From Thermodesulfobacteriota bacterium (GTDB lineage: Bacteria; Desulfobacterota; Binatia; UBA9968): a DNA stretch of 64,000 nt. The notes below the pieces were generated by a model. It saw nothing but the letters and a program-made list of their open reading frames with translations, was not told where the DNA came from and made no database searches. Shown piece after piece: positions 63,163 through 64,000 of the stretch. The stretch's first letter is position 1. Each line of letters opens with the position of its first letter. The translations under genes were made by a program, and so were the position numbers. The DNA lies in assembly GCA_036794995.1 (NCBI GenBank), contig DAIRFP010000001.1, positions 25,549-89,548 of the forward strand, given 5' to 3'.

Positions 63163-64000
63163 ATTTCGAAAAGGCGGCCCGGCCTCTAACGATGGGCCGG
63201 AGTGGGATGATCTCTTCCGGCCATTCGCTCGCTTCCCTGGCCGGCGTTAAGGTCCTGCAAGAGGGGGGGAACGCGATCGACGCGGCGCTGGCGGCAGCGT
63301 TCGTAATGACGGTCGTCAAACCGGAGACCTGCGGGCCAGGCGGCGACCTGTTCGCGCTGGTTCATATGAAGAAGACCGGCAAGGTAGAGGCACTCAATGC
63401 CAGCGGACCCGCACCAGGCAAAGCCACCGTCGATTACTTCCATGAGAAGGGGCTTAGTGCGATTCCGGTTTCAGGACCCCTGAGCGTCGCTGTACCGGGA
63501 GCGGTGGATGGTTGGCTCGAATTGCACAAAAAGTATGCAACCAAGGATTTATCACGCCTCACTAGCGACGCGGTTCGTCTGGCGCGCGACGGCTTCCCTG
63601 TGCAACAGGATCTGGTGGAGTGTATCGAAGAGCTGGGTTCGCAGTTTCCTTGGATCGATCGCGTCTATCGCCGGCCGTTGAACGGCCTATGCGCGGGCAA
63701 GCTGCTTTATCAGAAAGGACTTGGCGACGTTCTCGAACGAATCGCTGCCCAGGGCCGGGATGGCTTCTATGGCGGCGATGTCGCAGACAAGATCTGCCGG
63801 TCGCTTGCGGCCGAGGGAGGCCTGCTCACCCAGGAGGATCTCCAGGCTCCCGTCGCGCAATGGCTGGACCCGCTGAGTTCAGGTTATCGGGATTACCTGG
63901 TTTATGAACAGCCGCCGGTATCCCAAGGCTTTATGGTCCTGGAAATGCTCAACATCGTCGAGGCTTGGCCGATGAACGACGGAAAGTTAAATCGGGCCGA
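63159..64000 (+). CDS. ggt: Gamma-glutamyltransferase family protein (5' part; runs off the window)
   Basis: My own translation from the ATG at 63159 is MNFEKAARPLTMGRSGMISSGHSLASLAGVKVLQEGGNAIDAALAAAFVMTVV...GPGGDLFALV...AVPGAVDGWLELHKKY, a typical GGT N-terminus. ATGA overlap with the upstream stop. It is absent from the ORF track because no stop is reached. Confidence 0.8.
   Translation, partial: MNFEKAARPLTMGRSGMISSGHSLASLAGVKVLQEGGNAIDAALAAAFVMTVVKPETCGPGGDLFALVHMKKTGKVEALNASGPAPGKATVDYFHEKGLSAIPVSGPLSVAVPGAVDGWLELHKKYATKDLSRLTSDAVRLARDGFPVQQDLVECIEELGSQFPWIDRVYRRPLNGLCAGKLLYQKGLGDVLERIAAQGRDGFYGGDVADKICRSLAAEGGLLTQEDLQAPVAQWLDPLSSGYRDYLVYEQPPVSQGFMVLEMLNIVEAWPMNDGKLNRA

Noticed and set aside
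1-64000. Scanned for CRISPR arrays, IS elements/transposases, prophage or toxin-antitoxin pairs, and classical defence genes
   Set aside because: I found no regularly spaced direct repeats, no transposase, integrase or recombinase-like ORFs, and no recognisable restriction-modification, Cas, Abi or TA modules. The window reads as core chromosome.

Overview
A 64-kb chromosomal segment from a Gram-negative-type bacterium (TonB, TatA, ECF sigma/anti-sigma pair, lipoprotein cytochrome c). It looks moderately GC-rich by eye, and the phylum cannot be assigned from sequence alone. The window is densely coding, with about 60 protein genes and 2 tRNAs (Met-CAU, Leu-CAG). I found no rRNA, CRISPR array, transposase or integrase. 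Most of it is core metabolism: the prkA-yeaH-spoVR triad, a pyruvate dehydrogenase operon (aceE-E2-lpdA) with a divergent lipoate-ligase-like gene, folD-gcvT-gcvH-gcvPA-gcvPB, a LigAB-type extradiol dioxygenase cluster, ubiE plus a polyprenyl synthase, valS-nadC-birA-coaX, an EF-G paralogue, two amidohydrolases and a partial ggt. The most interesting locus is 42.2-46.7 kb. An S-box (SAM-I-like) leader with a textbook terminator/antiterminator sits in front of a ThiF/MoeB-type E1 gene. Next come a frameshifted, truncated threonine-synthase-like remnant, a CysO-like sulfur-carrier gene whose product continues 10 residues past the normally terminal Gly-Gly, and a translationally coupled CysM-like PLP enzyme. 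A type-II homoserine kinase lies just upstream. Other oddities: an EF-G paralogue with Tyr in place of the catalytic His (DTPGY); an orphan nuoB; a BFD-like [2Fe-2S]/zinc-ribbon ORF whose first Cys pair lies upstream of any canonical start codon; a GcvH with a poly-acidic tail; a NusG paralogue next to an orphan multi-TM GAF histidine kinase; and a Schlafen/AlbA_2-type (COG2865-like) protein in a tight co-directional gene string.
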